Source: an uncultured Planctomycetaceae bacterium (GTDB lineage: Bacteria; Planctomycetota; Phycisphaerae; SM23-33). From it: a stretch of 64,000 nt of DNA. The notes under the pieces are model-generated. The model saw only the letters and a list, made by a program, of their open reading frames with translations, was not told the DNA's origin and did not search any database. The number at the start of each line of letters is the position of its first letter. Within the stretch, counting starts at the first letter, position 1. Shown one piece after another: positions 28,802 to 38,960 of the stretch. The stretch spans positions 11,505 through 75,504 of the forward strand of contig CAYYMD010000001.1 in assembly GCA_964472875.1 (NCBI GenBank), given 5' to 3'. A program made the position numbers and the translations under genes.

Positions 28802-29347
28802 TCATGTACTTCTTATGGGCATCCCCATCAGGGTCAACAGTTCGCGGGCTTCTTCATCGGTTCGGGCGGTGGTGTTAACGGATATATTCATACCCTGAGT
28901 GAAAGACACTTTGCTGGGATCTATCTCTGGGAAAACCGTCTGTTCCACCAGCCCGATACTGTAATTACCCCGCCCATCAAACGCCGACGGACTCAGTCCG
29001 CGGAAGTCCCTGACCCTGGGGATAGCCATCGAAATCAATCTGTCGAGAAACTCGTACATTCTTTCCCGCCGAAGGGTAACTTTCAGCCCTACGATCATGC
29101 CCTTGCGGATCCTGAAGTTGCTGACGGCCTTGCGGGCTTTGGTGGGCAATGGCTTCTGGCCGGTAATAAGGGCCAGTTGCTCCATAACAGTGTTGAACTT
29201 TTCCTGCTCATGTTGCGCATCACCTATACCCATAGACACTATGACCTTGGTAACCCTGGGCACTGCCCATACGTTATCGTACCCGAATCTCTCGGCCATA
29301 GCGGGCATGACGTCATTTCTGTATTTTTCCAATAACCTTGGCGCCAT
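28802..29347 (-). CDS. rplE: 50S ribosomal protein L5
   Basis: LLEKYRNDVMPAMAERFGYDNVWAVPRVTKVIVSMGIG. Confidence 0.95.
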   Translation of the reverse strand: MAPRLLEKYRNDVMPAMAERFGYDNVWAVPRVTKVIVSMGIGDAQHEQEKFNTVMEQLALITGQKPLPTKARKAVSNFRIRKGMIVGLKVTLRRERMYEFLDRLISMAIPRVRDFRGLSPSAFDGRGNYSIGLVEQTVFPEIDPSKVSFTQGMNISVNTTARTDEEARELLTLMGMPIRST

Positions 29348-29351
29348 TTTA

Positions 29352-29693
29352 TTACTGCTTTCCTGCCTTGGTCACCTGTCCCAGTGACTGTCCCGAACGC
29401 TTGGCTATCCGTTCTTTGCTTCCGTCGGAATTAATCTTGAACCCCACCCGTGTGGGCAGGTTTGTCTCGGGGTCTACCGGGAGCACGTTGGAAATATCTA
29501 TTGGCATTTCCTTCTGTATTCTTCCGCCCTGCGGATGCTGCCTCGAAGGGCGCAAGTGCTCATACACTCGGTTTACGCCCTGGACAAGGACCTTGTCCGT
29601 ATCCGAGTCCACTCGCAAAACTTCGCCGGTCTTTCCTTTGTCGGCGCCGGCGATTACCATCACCGTATCGCCTTTTTTTACGTGTCTGGCCAT
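29352..29693 (-). CDS. rplX: 50S ribosomal protein L24
   Basis: MARHVKKGDTVMVIAGADKGKTGEVLRV KOW motif. Confidence 0.95.
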   Translation of the reverse strand: MARHVKKGDTVMVIAGADKGKTGEVLRVDSDTDKVLVQGVNRVYEHLRPSRQHPQGGRIQKEMPIDISNVLPVDPETNLPTRVGFKINSDGSKERIAKRSGQSLGQVTKAGKQ

Positions 29694-29739
29694 CTTTCAG
29701 TCTGCTTCTTTCATTTAACTGCCGCGGTACCTGTTGACT

Positions 29740-30126
29740 CTAAACAACTTCCGAAGCCAGCGAGATGATTTTCATAAAGTTCTTTTCTCGCAGCTCTCTG
29801 GCCACCGCACCGAATATTCTCGTTCCTCTGGGATTGCCGTCTTTATCAATAATCACGCCGGCATTACGGTCGAACCTGACATAACTTCCGTCGGGTCGGT
29901 GAACGGGGTGCGCGGTCCGAACAACCACACACCTTACCACATCCCCGGCCTTGACTTCGCTGCCAGGAAGTGATCGCTTCACTGAACATACGATTATATC
30001 TCCCAGGGAAGCCGTCCGTCGTGTCATACCCTGGCGCCTTGTCGAACCGCCGAGAACGCGAATGCATCCCAGTTCCTGGGCGCCAGTGTTGTCAGCTACA
30101 TCCAGTCGTGTTTCCGCCTGTATCAC
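29740..30126 (-). CDS. rplN: 50S ribosomal protein L14
   Basis: [28 protein letters not shown]. Confidence 0.95.
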   Translation of the reverse strand: MIQAETRLDVADNTGAQELGCIRVLGGSTRRQGMTRRTASLGDIIVCSVKRSLPGSEVKAGDVVRCVVVRTAHPVHRPDGSYVRFDRNAGVIIDKDGNPRGTRIFGAVARELREKNFMKIISLASEVV

Positions 30127-30158
30127 AACTTAATCCTTCTCAACCATATTTTTATTTA

Positions 30159-30458
30159 TTATTTATTCTCAGGCATTTCGCTCGAGCGGATCACTCGGAG
30201 CAGCCGCCAACTCTTGTTTTTACTTATCCGCCTGCATGGGATAATTTCAACCGTATCTCCCACACCTGCCTCTTCTTTTGGGTCATGCACGCACAGCAAC
30301 GTGCGTTTGCTTATGAATTTCCCGTATAGAGGGTGACGAACCGGCCTTCCGATGGCCACCCTTATTGTTTTGCTGCCGCTTACGTTCTTCACCATTGCGG
30401 TTCTCGATCCGCTAAGAGCGGATGAGGCATTTATGTTCTGTTCTTTTGTATCCGGCAT
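30159..30458 (-). CDS. rpsQ: 30S ribosomal protein S17
   Basis: [49 protein letters not shown]; start possibly internal. Confidence 0.9.
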   Translation of the reverse strand: MPDTKEQNINASSALSGSRTAMVKNVSGSKTIRVAIGRPVRHPLYGKFISKRTLLCVHDPKEEAGVGDTVEIIPCRRISKNKSWRLLRVIRSSEMPENK

Positions 30459-30462
30459 AATT

Positions 30463-30675
30463 TTATTCCGTCGTTTCTTCAGTCTGAGCCAGTTGACGCT
30501 GCCTTGACACGGTAATTATCCGCGCTATGTCGCGTCTGGCTTTGGTTATCATGGACGGATCCTCGAGTTTCTCAGTGACCGCCTGTGCCCTCAGGTCAAA
30601 CAGGTGTCGACGAAGACGAGCCAGTTCCGTCTGCAATTCTTCATCAGTAAATTCTCTGATTTCGTCGATCTTCAT
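30463..30675 (-). CDS. rpmC: 50S ribosomal protein L29
   Basis: ORF is open from 30732, but L29 homology begins at internal Met [31 protein letters not shown]; this start avoids overlap with rplP. Confidence 0.85.
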   Translation of the reverse strand: MKIDEIREFTDEELQTELARLRRHLFDLRAQAVTEKLEDPSMITKARRDIARIITVSRQRQLAQTEETTE

Positions 30676-30698
30676 TTCGTTCTCAAATCCGTTAATTA

Positions 30699-31118
30699 TT
30701 ACAACGTTGGTCGACGTTGAATCATTCGACATTTCACCGGCATTTTGTGCGCTATCCGCTGAAAGGCGCCTCTTGCAGTCGGTTCATCGGCGCCTGCTAT
30801 CTCAAACAATACCGTCCCGGGCTTTATAACTGCCACCCATTGTTCGATTTCGCCTTTGCCTTTGCCCATACGGGTTTCCAGCGGTTGAGACGTAACCGGC
30901 TTATCCGGGAATATTCGAATGTACACCCGTCCTTCGCGATGCAGGTAATGGGTGGCCGCCACTCGACCCGCCTCTATCTGTCGTCCGGTTATCCATCCAC
31001 CCTGCGTGGCCTGTATTCCGAACTCACCGAATGCCACAGCGTTGCCTCGGGTCGCATTACCCTTCATGCTGCCACGCTGCTGCTTGCGGTGTTTTACTCT
31101 TTTTGGCATTAAAGCCAT
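30699..31118 (-). CDS. rplP: 50S ribosomal protein L16
   Basis: [23 protein letters not shown]...RMGKGKG; start may be second Met (~31109). Confidence 0.95.
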   Translation of the reverse strand: MALMPKRVKHRKQQRGSMKGNATRGNAVAFGEFGIQATQGGWITGRQIEAGRVAATHYLHREGRVYIRIFPDKPVTSQPLETRMGKGKGEIEQWVAVIKPGTVLFEIAGADEPTARGAFQRIAHKMPVKCRMIQRRPTL

Positions 31119-31130
31119 ATCGGCACCTGT

Positions 31131-32084
31131 TTATTCTTTATTCTCAGACTGGTCCTGTTGCTTGTTCTCGCTCTCTCCGGCTGCTTCACTATTGCCCTGT
31201 ACAGGAGGTGATTCTTGTTCCGCTGTCTCCTGCGGTTCTGTTTTCTGTCCGGCAGTATTACGTTTTTCTCGCGGCTGTTTCTTTGCAACTTTTTCAGCCT
31301 TAGTCTCCTGCGGCGACTGCTCGGCCTTTTCGGTGGTTTTCCTCTGTCCCCGCTTTGGCCCACCTTGCCCGGTGGATTTTTTCTGGCGTCGTCGTCGCGC
31401 CCGGGTCATTGCCGATTTGCGATCCGATTCTTCCTCGCTTTCCTGTTCGGCAAACATGCCCTTATAAACCCAAACTTTGACGCCCACAGTTCCGTAAGTC
31501 GTGAACGATGTAGCCCGGCCGTAATCTACGTTGGCCTCAAGCGTGTGGAGTGGAATACTTCCTTCAATCACAGACTCAGTTCGGGCTATTTCGGCCCCGC
31601 CGAGACGGCCTGATATTATAATTTTTACGCCCTTGGCGCCGGCCTGGGTTGCCGATTCGGCACGCTGCCTGATTACTCGCCTGAAGCCCGCCCTACGTTT
31701 CAGCTGTTCGGCTATAGACTCGGCTATCAACTGGGCGTCGAGATCCGGGTCGCGAACCTCTACGATATTAATGTTTACCTGCCTGTCGGTCAGTTCTTCC
31801 AGAGCCGCACGGAGTTTTTCAACTTCGGCGCCCTTGGGGCCTATTACCAGTCCGGGCCTGGCGGCTTTAATTATTATTCGCACCTCTTCGCGGGTGCGCT
31901 CAATCTCCACTGCGCTTATGGCAGCGTAAGGCGGCTGACGGTTCAGCCGCTGATCTATGAACCTGCGAATATGTTCATCCTCTACGATGAACTCTCCGAA
32001 GTTCGCCTTTGGGGCGAACCATCGGCTCTTCCAGCCAATTGTTACGCCTGTTCTGAATCCTATTGGCGATACTTTTTGTCCCAT
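31131..32084 (-). CDS. rpsC: 30S ribosomal protein S3 with ~95-aa basic/acidic low-complexity C-terminal extension
   Basis: MGQKVSPIGFRTGVTIGWKSRWFA KH-domain S3 core (~220 aa), then R/K/E/Q-rich tail ending ...QDQSENKE. Confidence 0.9.
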   Translation of the reverse strand: MGQKVSPIGFRTGVTIGWKSRWFAPKANFGEFIVEDEHIRRFIDQRLNRQPPYAAISAVEIERTREEVRIIIKAARPGLVIGPKGAEVEKLRAALEELTDRQVNINIVEVRDPDLDAQLIAESIAEQLKRRAGFRRVIRQRAESATQAGAKGVKIIISGRLGGAEIARTESVIEGSIPLHTLEANVDYGRATSFTTYGTVGVKVWVYKGMFAEQESEEESDRKSAMTRARRRRQKKSTGQGGPKRGQRKTTEKAEQSPQETKAEKVAKKQPREKRNTAGQKTEPQETAEQESPPVQGNSEAAGESENKQQDQSENKE

Positions 32085-32086
32085 AT

Positions 32087-32416
32087 TTACTCCACTTCCA
32101 CGACTACAGTAATGTGGCTGGTCGGTTTGTTAATGGGATGGGCCCGGCCTCTGTCCTTGGGCCGCCACCTTCGCAAACTTATACCCTGATCGATACGGGC
32201 GTCGTATATATATAACCTGTCCACGTCTGCCTCTGCCTCGTCCGCATTGGCCACTGCGCTGTTGAGCACCTTACTGATCATTCCCGCAGCTCTGTCGGGC
32301 ATGAACTTCAGCATGTTCAGAGCATCCTGAACATCCAGGCCGCGAATCATATTCGCCACCGGCCGCGCCTTGCGCGGGCTTATTCGTGCATATCTGTGTA
32401 TTGCCTGCCAGGGCAT
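32087..32416 (-). CDS. rplV: 50S ribosomal protein L22
   Basis: AIHRYARISPRKARPVANMIRG. Confidence 0.95.
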   Translation of the reverse strand: MPWQAIHRYARISPRKARPVANMIRGLDVQDALNMLKFMPDRAAGMISKVLNSAVANADEAEADVDRLYIYDARIDQGISLRRWRPKDRGRAHPINKPTSHITVVVEVE

Positions 32417-32426
32417 TATTAAATCC

Positions 32427-32705
32427 TTATCGTTTCACTTCGGGCTTTACGCCGCCATGACCGCGGAAACTGCGGGTGGGGCTGAACTCTCCGAGTTTGT
32501 GGCCCACCATTTCTTCTGTTACGAATACTTTCTGGTGTGTTTTGCCGTTGTGGACCATGAATGTATGTCCCACAAACTCCGGCACTATGGTGCAAGCGCG
32601 TGCCCAGGTTTTTATGGGCTGATCGCCTCCGGACTCTTTTATCCTTTGCACCTTCCGGAACAGTTTCTCGTCTACAAACGGTCCTTTTTTAACGCTTCTA
32701 CTCAT
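32427..32705 (-). CDS. rpsS: 30S ribosomal protein S19
   Basis: [15 protein letters not shown]...[33 protein letters not shown]. Confidence 0.95.
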   Translation of the reverse strand: MSRSVKKGPFVDEKLFRKVQRIKESGGDQPIKTWARACTIVPEFVGHTFMVHNGKTHQKVFVTEEMVGHKLGEFSPTRSFRGHGGVKPEVKR

Positions 32706-32725
32706 CGTTTATGCCTCTCGGCCTG

Positions 32726-33574
32726 TTATAATCTTGTCTGACCGGTTCGGACGTTTCTTCTACGTCTCAGTATCAGCCGGTTGGTGGTTTTATTTCTTTT
32801 TCTGGTCTTACCGCCTTTGGCGAGCTTTCCGGTCGCTGAACACGGATGTCTGCCTCCGGCCCGCCGTCCTTCACCTCCACCCATGGGATGGTCAACAGGG
32901 TTCATCGTCGAGCCGCGAACGTGGGGCCTTCTACCCATATGTCTTTTGCGGCCTGCTTTGCCCCATCTTATGCCTGCATGATCAACATTGCCCAGCCGCC
33001 CTATCGTGGCACGGCACTTTGCGTTAACCATGCGCATTTCGCCGGATGGAAGAACCAGATGGGCGTACGTGCCTTCCCTGGCCACCAGTCTTGCACCGGC
33101 ACCGGCGGACCTCACCATGCTTCCACCGCGGCCGGGCGTCATTTCAATATTGTGAATTTCCATTCCCACCGGTATTTTTGAAAGCGGCATACAATGGCCT
33201 ACTCTCGGCTCGGCCTCGTCACCCGAGCGGATTGTTGCGCCAACCTCCAAACGCTGCGGGGCCAGTATGTAATTCCTCTGCCCGTCCTCGTATTCAATTA
33301 GTGCTATATTGCAGGTGCGGTTGGGATCATACTGAATACTCAGCACCCGGGCGGGCTGGTCATCTTTGTCCCGTTTGAAATCAATAAGGCGATACCTTCT
33401 TTTATGCCCGCCTCCGCGATGCCGGGAAGTAATTTTCCCGTGGTGGTTGCGGCCGCCGGTCTTTTTAACCGTACCCAGTAAATTCTTTTCCGGCTTGCTG
33501 TCTGTTACTTCCGTTCGGATGTTTACCGAACTAAAGCGGCGTCCTGCCGAGGTTTTTTTGTATTTCTTAATCAT
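32726..33574 (-). CDS. rplB: 50S ribosomal protein L2
   Basis: GRNHHGKITSRHRGGGHKRRYR; GGEGR...G C-terminal motif. Confidence 0.95.
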   Translation of the reverse strand: MIKKYKKTSAGRRFSSVNIRTEVTDSKPEKNLLGTVKKTGGRNHHGKITSRHRGGGHKRRYRLIDFKRDKDDQPARVLSIQYDPNRTCNIALIEYEDGQRNYILAPQRLEVGATIRSGDEAEPRVGHCMPLSKIPVGMEIHNIEMTPGRGGSMVRSAGAGARLVAREGTYAHLVLPSGEMRMVNAKCRATIGRLGNVDHAGIRWGKAGRKRHMGRRPHVRGSTMNPVDHPMGGGEGRRAGGRHPCSATGKLAKGGKTRKRNKTTNRLILRRRRNVRTGQTRL

Positions 33575-33602
33575 TGCTTCACTTAACTTAGCTTGGTTTA
33601 CG

Positions 33603-33890
33603 TCAGAATAAATCTATACGGTAATCCGGATGGAGCACCACCACGGCCTTTTTCCAATGTTTTGTCTTACCCCAGCGGTAACCTGTTCTGCGCGGTTTAC
33701 CCTGCTGGTTTGCGGTGCGCACCTGCACGACCTTTACATCATAAATATTCTCTACCGCCTGTTTAATCTGTGCCTTGTTGGCCTGGGGCGTAACCTGGAA
33801 TGCATAGGCATTATACGCAGAGGACTGATGCGTACTCTGCTCTGTAATCAGAGGGCGTATAATCACATTATATATATCTTGCTGTTTCAC
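33603..33890 (-). CDS. rplW: 50S ribosomal protein L23 (GTG start overlapping rplD stop as GTGA)
   Basis: ORF is open from 33992 but would overlap rplD by 100 nt; L23 homology starts at VKQQDIYNVIIRPLITEQS; GTG at 33890..33888 confirmed by hand. Confidence 0.8.
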   Translation of the reverse strand: MKQQDIYNVIIRPLITEQSTHQSSAYNAYAFQVTPQANKAQIKQAVENIYDVKVVQVRTANQQGKPRRTGYRWGKTKHWKKAVVVLHPDYRIDLF

Positions 33891-34516
33891 CGGTTCAAAC
33901 TCCGATTTATCAGTTCCTGCATTGCCTGGGTTGTTATGATCATTTTCTGGCGAATAGCCACGTCGTATGCATTCAATTCTTCCGCTGAGCACACCGCAAG
34001 ATCCTGCACGTTCCTGGCGCTCAGGTATACATTTCTGTCATGCTGCGGAAGGGCAAGCAGGCAAGAGCGATTTATGCTCAGTTTCTCGAGTACATCCGCT
34101 ATTCGTGAGGTTTTCGGCTGTTCAATCTTCAATTCATCGAGTATCAGCAGGTCGCCGCCGATTATCTTGGCCAGCAGCGCCGATTTTAGGGCGGCTTTCC
34201 TCATCTTCTGCGGCATTTTATTGCGGGGCGGCCTTGAGTTTTTAGCAAAAGCCACGCCGCCGCCTCGAAGAATGTTTGTCCTTTTTGACCCTCGCCGAGC
34301 AAAGCCGGTGCCCTTCTGACGGAACATTTTATGCCTGGAGCCTTTTATTTCACCCCTACTGCGGGTCTTGGCGGTGCCCTGGTGCCTTTGGGCGTGGTAG
34401 GCGACCACAGCCTGCTTTAAAAGATCCGCGTTCACCTTCGAGCCGAATACGTCGTCATCCACCTTGAAGGTGTCAACCTCACGGCCTTCCATATTGTAAA
34501 CAGGTACTTCCAGCAT
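33887..34516 (-). CDS. rplD: 50S ribosomal protein L4
   Basis: NADLLKQAVVAYHAQRHQGTAKTRSRGEIKGSRHKMFRQKGTGFARRGS. Confidence 0.95.
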   Translation of the reverse strand: MLEVPVYNMEGREVDTFKVDDDVFGSKVNADLLKQAVVAYHAQRHQGTAKTRSRGEIKGSRHKMFRQKGTGFARRGSKRTNILRGGGVAFAKNSRPPRNKMPQKMRKAALKSALLAKIIGGDLLILDELKIEQPKTSRIADVLEKLSINRSCLLALPQHDRNVYLSARNVQDLAVCSAEELNAYDVAIRQKMIITTQAMQELINRSLNR

Positions 34517-34534
34517 ATTCTCTTCTACATTCGC

Positions 34535-35194
34535 TTAGGATTTTCCCGGTGCGCCGACGGCCGGTCTTATAACCAGATATCCGCCGTTGGCGCCCGGAAC
34601 TGCGCCTTTAATCAGCAGCAGATTATTCTCGCTGTCGATTCTGACCAGGGTATTGTTTTTAGAAGTTCTTCGTTCGCAGCCCATGTGTCCGGCCATGCGC
34701 TTACCTTTTTTCAGTCCGCCGGTTTTACCGGCATTGCTGGCGTGCCCCGCAATAGACCCGGGTGAACGGTGCTTTCGTTCGACGCCGTGTGTGGCCAGCT
34801 GCCCTTTAAATCCATGCCGTTTCACTACACCGGCGAACCCTCTGCCCTTGGTGGTCCCTATTACGTCAACCTTGGAAACACCTTCGAGACATTCGACCGT
34901 TATACTCTGGCCGGGTTTAACATCTTCCGCCGGTGAAGGCAGGCGAATTTCGCGAACAAAATTTTTGGGAGCGGTTCCGGCCCTGGCAGCATGGGCGATT
35001 TGTGGCTTAGTTGTACGGTGCGGTTTAACGTCCCCAAAGCCAAGCTGGACTGCGTCGTATCCGTCGGACTCGGTATTTTTTACCTGCAACACAGTGCAAG
35101 GTCCGGCCTGCACGACGGTCACCGGGTGCAAACGACCCTCATCGTCGTATACCTGCGTCATGCCTATTTTTTTTCCCAGTATCGCCTGCAGCAT
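34535..35194 (-). CDS. rplC: 50S ribosomal protein L3
   Basis: ILGKKIGMTQVYDDEGRLHPVTVVQAGPC...GTTKGRGFAGVVKRHGF. Confidence 0.95.
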   Translation of the reverse strand: MLQAILGKKIGMTQVYDDEGRLHPVTVVQAGPCTVLQVKNTESDGYDAVQLGFGDVKPHRTTKPQIAHAARAGTAPKNFVREIRLPSPAEDVKPGQSITVECLEGVSKVDVIGTTKGRGFAGVVKRHGFKGQLATHGVERKHRSPGSIAGHASNAGKTGGLKKGKRMAGHMGCERRTSKNNTLVRIDSENNLLLIKGAVPGANGGYLVIRPAVGAPGKS

Positions 35195-35204
35195 GGTTTA
35201 CTCG

Positions 35205-35513
35205 TTATGCCTTAATCTTGATGAATACACCGGCCGGAACCACCAGGCGGTTCAGTGCCTCTACGGTCCGTACGGTCGGCTCGTAAATATCTATTATTCT
35301 TTTGTGTGTTCGTATTTCGAACTGCTCACGCGATTTCTTGTCTACGTGCGGGCTACGGAGCACAGTATATCTGCCTATGCGGGTCGGCAGCGGAATAGGC
35401 CCTCTAACGCGTGCGCCGGTGCGTGTAGTGTGATCGACGATCTCTTTCGCCGAGGAATCCAGGGCCCTGTGGTCGTAGGCCTCCATCCGTATTCTTATCT
35501 TATCTTGCACCAT
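35205..35513 (-). CDS. rpsJ: 30S ribosomal protein S10
   Basis: [40 protein letters not shown]. Confidence 0.95.
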   Translation of the reverse strand: MVQDKIRIRMEAYDHRALDSSAKEIVDHTTRTGARVRGPIPLPTRIGRYTVLRSPHVDKKSREQFEIRTHKRIIDIYEPTVRTVEALNRLVVPAGVFIKIKA

Positions 35514-35731
35514 CTCTATCGCATTACCTTAAGGAAATTAATGAGGCTAAAGTATTCCGCCTTTTAATGCGCGCAGTTACACTACCCACGCGTCGAGCAT
35601 AAAGTCCTATTAGGATATTAATTCTGACCATAAAGTCAACGTTTAATGGGAAATTTTTTAAGAATTTATGCATATTTTTCGATTCTTCGATAATTCTCAT
35701 CAATTCAATATTCATTTCGCCGTTATTCTTT
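35514..35731 (-). promoter_or_regulatory. AT-rich 218-nt fusA-rpsJ spacer; probable internal promoter/leader of the S10 operon
   Basis: Sharp drop in GC relative to flanking genes; the 63-aa ORF inside is AT-rich and non-homologous; no defined motif assigned. Confidence 0.3.
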
Positions 35732-37798
35732 CTATGATACGGCCACGTTTTCCGGTACTGGAGCGTATCTTTTGGGCTCCATTGTGCTGCTGCCGCGACC
35801 TCTGGTAATCGAACGCAGCCGCGTGGTGTAACCGAACATCTCAGCCAGCGGCACCTCGGCCGCTATAAGGCGGTATTTGCCTTTGTTCTGCAGGTGTTTG
35901 ATCTCTGCACGTCTGGAGTTCAAATCCGCCGTGACTGCGCCGAGATATTCCTCAGGAACAGTTACCTGAAGCAGCATCAGCGGTTCAAGATATACAGGAG
36001 AGGCCTTTTTTACGGCCTCGTTGAAGGCAATGCTTCCTGCCTGCTGGAAAGCCACGTCGCTGCTGTCGACTGGATGGTGTTTGCCGTCCAGCAAAGTGAT
36101 TTTTATGTTTTCCATCGGATATCCCGATAGCGGTCCGGCCGTCGCGGCGTCGCGGATGCCCCGCTCCACTGACGGTATAAACTCCTTGGGAATTACCCCC
36201 CCCTTGGTTTTGTCTTCAAAAACCAGCGTTTGTTCATCTTCTTCAGGGTCAGGTTGGTGCGGTTCAATACGAATCTCCACCACGCCAAACTGGCCTCGCC
36301 CTCCTGTCTGCCGAACAAATCTGCCTTCGGCTTCTGCCGGCTTACGGATCGTTTCTTTATAAGCAACCATGGGTTTGCCAACTCTAACGTCAAGTCCCAT
36401 CTCACGCAGAAGCTTGTTTCGTACGATCTCAAGATGCAGTTCACCCATACCTGATATTACCGTCTGGCCCGTTGCTTCGTCATAACGGAAGCGGAATGTG
36501 GGATCCTCCCGCTGTAGAGATACAAGCGCCTCGGAGAGCTGCTGTTTCTCTGCATTTGTATGGGGCTCTATCGACATCGTTACGACCGGCTCGGGAAATT
36601 TCAATTTCTCGAGTAACACTGGCTCATGTGAATCGCACAGCGTATCGCCCGTCAGAGAGTTTTTCAGGCCCACCACCGCTACGATGTCCCCCGCCACCGC
36701 TTGGTCTCTCCTGATACGCTTATCGGCGTGCATTTCCCATATGCGGGATACGATTTCTTTTTTGTCCTGGCTGCTGTTTAGTACGCGGGTCCCGGCCTTC
36801 AGGGTACCGCTGTATATTCGGATAAAATGAAGGTCGCCGTGTTGATCGGCTGTAATCTTGAAAACAAGTGCGGCAAATGGTGCTTCGGGGTCCGCTTTGC
36901 AGCTTATTTCCTGCGAGTTGTCAGAAATTTTCCTGCCCTGGACCGGCGGAACTTCAGGCGGAGAGGGAAGGTAGTTGACTATAGCGTCCAGAAGCGGGCG
37001 TACGCCCATGTGATTAAGCGCTGAGCCGCATAGTACCGCATGAAGCCGTCCGGTCAGCGTTCCCTGTCGAACCGCCGCGATTATATCATCTTCGGAAATT
37101 TCCTCGTCGTGGAGATACTTTTCCATAAGACGATCGTCGTATTCCGCGGCCTTTTCCAGCATTTCCATCCTCGCGGTTGCAACGGCGTCTTCGTACTCAG
37201 CAGGTATGTCCTCTATTCTCATGGTAGTGGCGACTTTTTGCGGATCATAATAATATGCCTTTTGACGGATAAGGTCTATCTGTCCCCGAAAATCTTCACC
37301 GCTGCCGATCGGCAACTGGAGTATTATCGGCTGGGCCCTGAGCCGGGAACTGATGTCTTTGACCGCCATTTCGAAGTCCGCTCCCGGACGGTCCATTTTA
37401 TTTATAAAGCACAGTCGCGGCACTTTGTATCTGTTGGCCTGCGCCCAGACCGTCTCTGACTGCGCCTCCACACCCCCAGTGGCGCAGAAAACCACCACCG
37501 CCCCGTCAAGTACGCGGAGCGAACGTTCCACTTCCACGGTAAAATCCACGTGCCCCGGCGTGTCTATCAGGTTGATGGTGTAGTCTTTCCAATTCAAGGT
37601 TGTTGCGGCCGAGGTTATGGTTATGCCGCGCTGCTGCTCCTCGGCCATGTAATCCATGACCGCTGTTCCTTCGTGCACCTCACCGATTTTGTACGTGCGC
37701 CCGGCGAAATACAGCACACGCTCGGTGACCGTAGTCTTGCCGGCGTCTATGTGTGCGGCTATGCCGATATTCCGAATTTGTTTAAGATTCTCTGCCAT
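35732..37798 (-). CDS. fusA: translation elongation factor G
   Basis: ORF track starts at TTG 37810, but ATG at 37798 gives [23 protein letters not shown], matching the EF-G N-terminus; G1-G5 GTPase motifs; 688 aa. Confidence 0.95.
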   Translation of the reverse strand: MAENLKQIRNIGIAAHIDAGKTTVTERVLYFAGRTYKIGEVHEGTAVMDYMAEEQQRGITITSAATTLNWKDYTINLIDTPGHVDFTVEVERSLRVLDGAVVVFCATGGVEAQSETVWAQANRYKVPRLCFINKMDRPGADFEMAVKDISSRLRAQPIILQLPIGSGEDFRGQIDLIRQKAYYYDPQKVATTMRIEDIPAEYEDAVATARMEMLEKAAEYDDRLMEKYLHDEEISEDDIIAAVRQGTLTGRLHAVLCGSALNHMGVRPLLDAIVNYLPSPPEVPPVQGRKISDNSQEISCKADPEAPFAALVFKITADQHGDLHFIRIYSGTLKAGTRVLNSSQDKKEIVSRIWEMHADKRIRRDQAVAGDIVAVVGLKNSLTGDTLCDSHEPVLLEKLKFPEPVVTMSIEPHTNAEKQQLSEALVSLQREDPTFRFRYDEATGQTVISGMGELHLEIVRNKLLREMGLDVRVGKPMVAYKETIRKPAEAEGRFVRQTGGRGQFGVVEIRIEPHQPDPEEDEQTLVFEDKTKGGVIPKEFIPSVERGIRDAATAGPLSGYPMENIKITLLDGKHHPVDSSDVAFQQAGSIAFNEAVKKASPVYLEPLMLLQVTVPEEYLGAVTADLNSRRAEIKHLQNKGKYRLIAAEVPLAEMFGYTTRLRSITRGRGSSTMEPKRYAPVPENVAVS

Positions 37799-37969
37799 AT
37801 TAATAATCAACTTGCGGATAGTTCCGCAGGAAATACGAAATTACGATGTCGTGAAGACAAACTCCTCACAAACGACATTTACTACAATTTGCCGACCTTA
37901 GAGCAGGTCGCCCGGATTGTTCTTACCTCTTTGTTCCCCCGCTGACAAAAGTCCCGGTGGTCGATGCGA

Positions 37970-38446
37970 CTACCAGGCAAAGTGTGCAAAGGCCTTGTTC
38001 GCCTCCGCCATCCTGTGCACGTTCTCTCGTGTCTGCATAGCGGCGCCTTCGCGTTTGTAAGCGGCGATGAGTTCGTCGGCCAGTCGCTGGCACGTTCTGT
38101 TTCCGCCCCCGGCGTAGATGGCCTGTTTAATCCATCTAATAGCCAGCGAAAGTTTACGTTTCTCACTGACCGGAGTGGGAACCTGATAACTGGCACCGCC
38201 GACACGCTTTGAACGAACCTCAATCATCGGCTTAATGTTCTCTATCGCCTTTTCGAATACTTCTATTGGTTCGGCGTCCTTGACCTTCTTATCAATTATA
38301 TCCATTGCATCGTAAAACACACGCTGCGCCACGGCTTTTTTGCCGTCGCTCATGATGCAATTGACGAATTTGCTCACGAGTTTGCTTTTATACCTCGGGT
38401 CGGGCTTTAACTGTATCGTCGATGCTGTCCACTTTTTGTATGCCAT
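37970..38446 (-). CDS. rpsG: 30S ribosomal protein S7
   Basis: [30 protein letters not shown]...[10 protein letters not shown]. Confidence 0.95.
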   Translation of the reverse strand: MAYKKWTASTIQLKPDPRYKSKLVSKFVNCIMSDGKKAVAQRVFYDAMDIIDKKVKDAEPIEVFEKAIENIKPMIEVRSKRVGGASYQVPTPVSEKRKLSLAIRWIKQAIYAGGGNRTCQRLADELIAAYKREGAAMQTRENVHRMAEANKAFAHFAW

Positions 38447-38498
38447 AATATTTTACTTACTCTCCGCTACCTGCGTTCAACGCGGCGGTGCATCCGTG

Positions 38499-38870
38499 TC
38501 ATTTCGGTCTGGTAGTTCCGTACTTACTCCTGCCCTGCTTGCGTTCCTCGACACCAAGAGTGTCCATAGTTCCGCGGACGACATGGTACCGAACGCCGGG
38601 AAGGTCTCGCACCCTGCCGCCACGCACCAGGACGATGCTGTGTTCCTGAAGGTTATGATCTATGCCGGGAATATACGCAGTAACTTCCCGGCCGTTACTG
38701 AGCCGCACACGCGCCACCTTTCTAAGCGCAGAGTTCGGCTTCTTGGGCGTCACCGTCTTAACCGCAAGGCACACGCCTCGCTTCTGGGGAGATTCCTCCA
38801 GCGCGACGTTCTTTTTCTTTACTCGCTGTTTCTTTCGTTTTTTCCGAACTAACTGATTTACAGTAGGCAT
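38499..38870 (-). CDS. rpsL: 30S ribosomal protein S12
   Basis: [14 protein letters not shown]...[29 protein letters not shown]. Confidence 0.95.
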   Translation of the reverse strand: MPTVNQLVRKKRKKQRVKKKNVALEESPQKRGVCLAVKTVTPKKPNSALRKVARVRLSNGREVTAYIPGIDHNLQEHSIVLVRGGRVRDLPGVRYHVVRGTMDTLGVEERKQGRSKYGTTRPK

Positions 38871-38960
38871 AAATACCTCGAATCTTTCCTTACAGTTATA
38901 TTTTTACAACCGCCCGTAGTCTCGGACAACTCGAATACGCGTATAGTACGGCTCCGACGG

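Noticed and set aside
35524-35715. 63-aa ORF in the fusA-rpsJ spacer
   Set aside because: AT-rich, non-homologous and sits in a probable promoter/leader region. Treated as non-coding.
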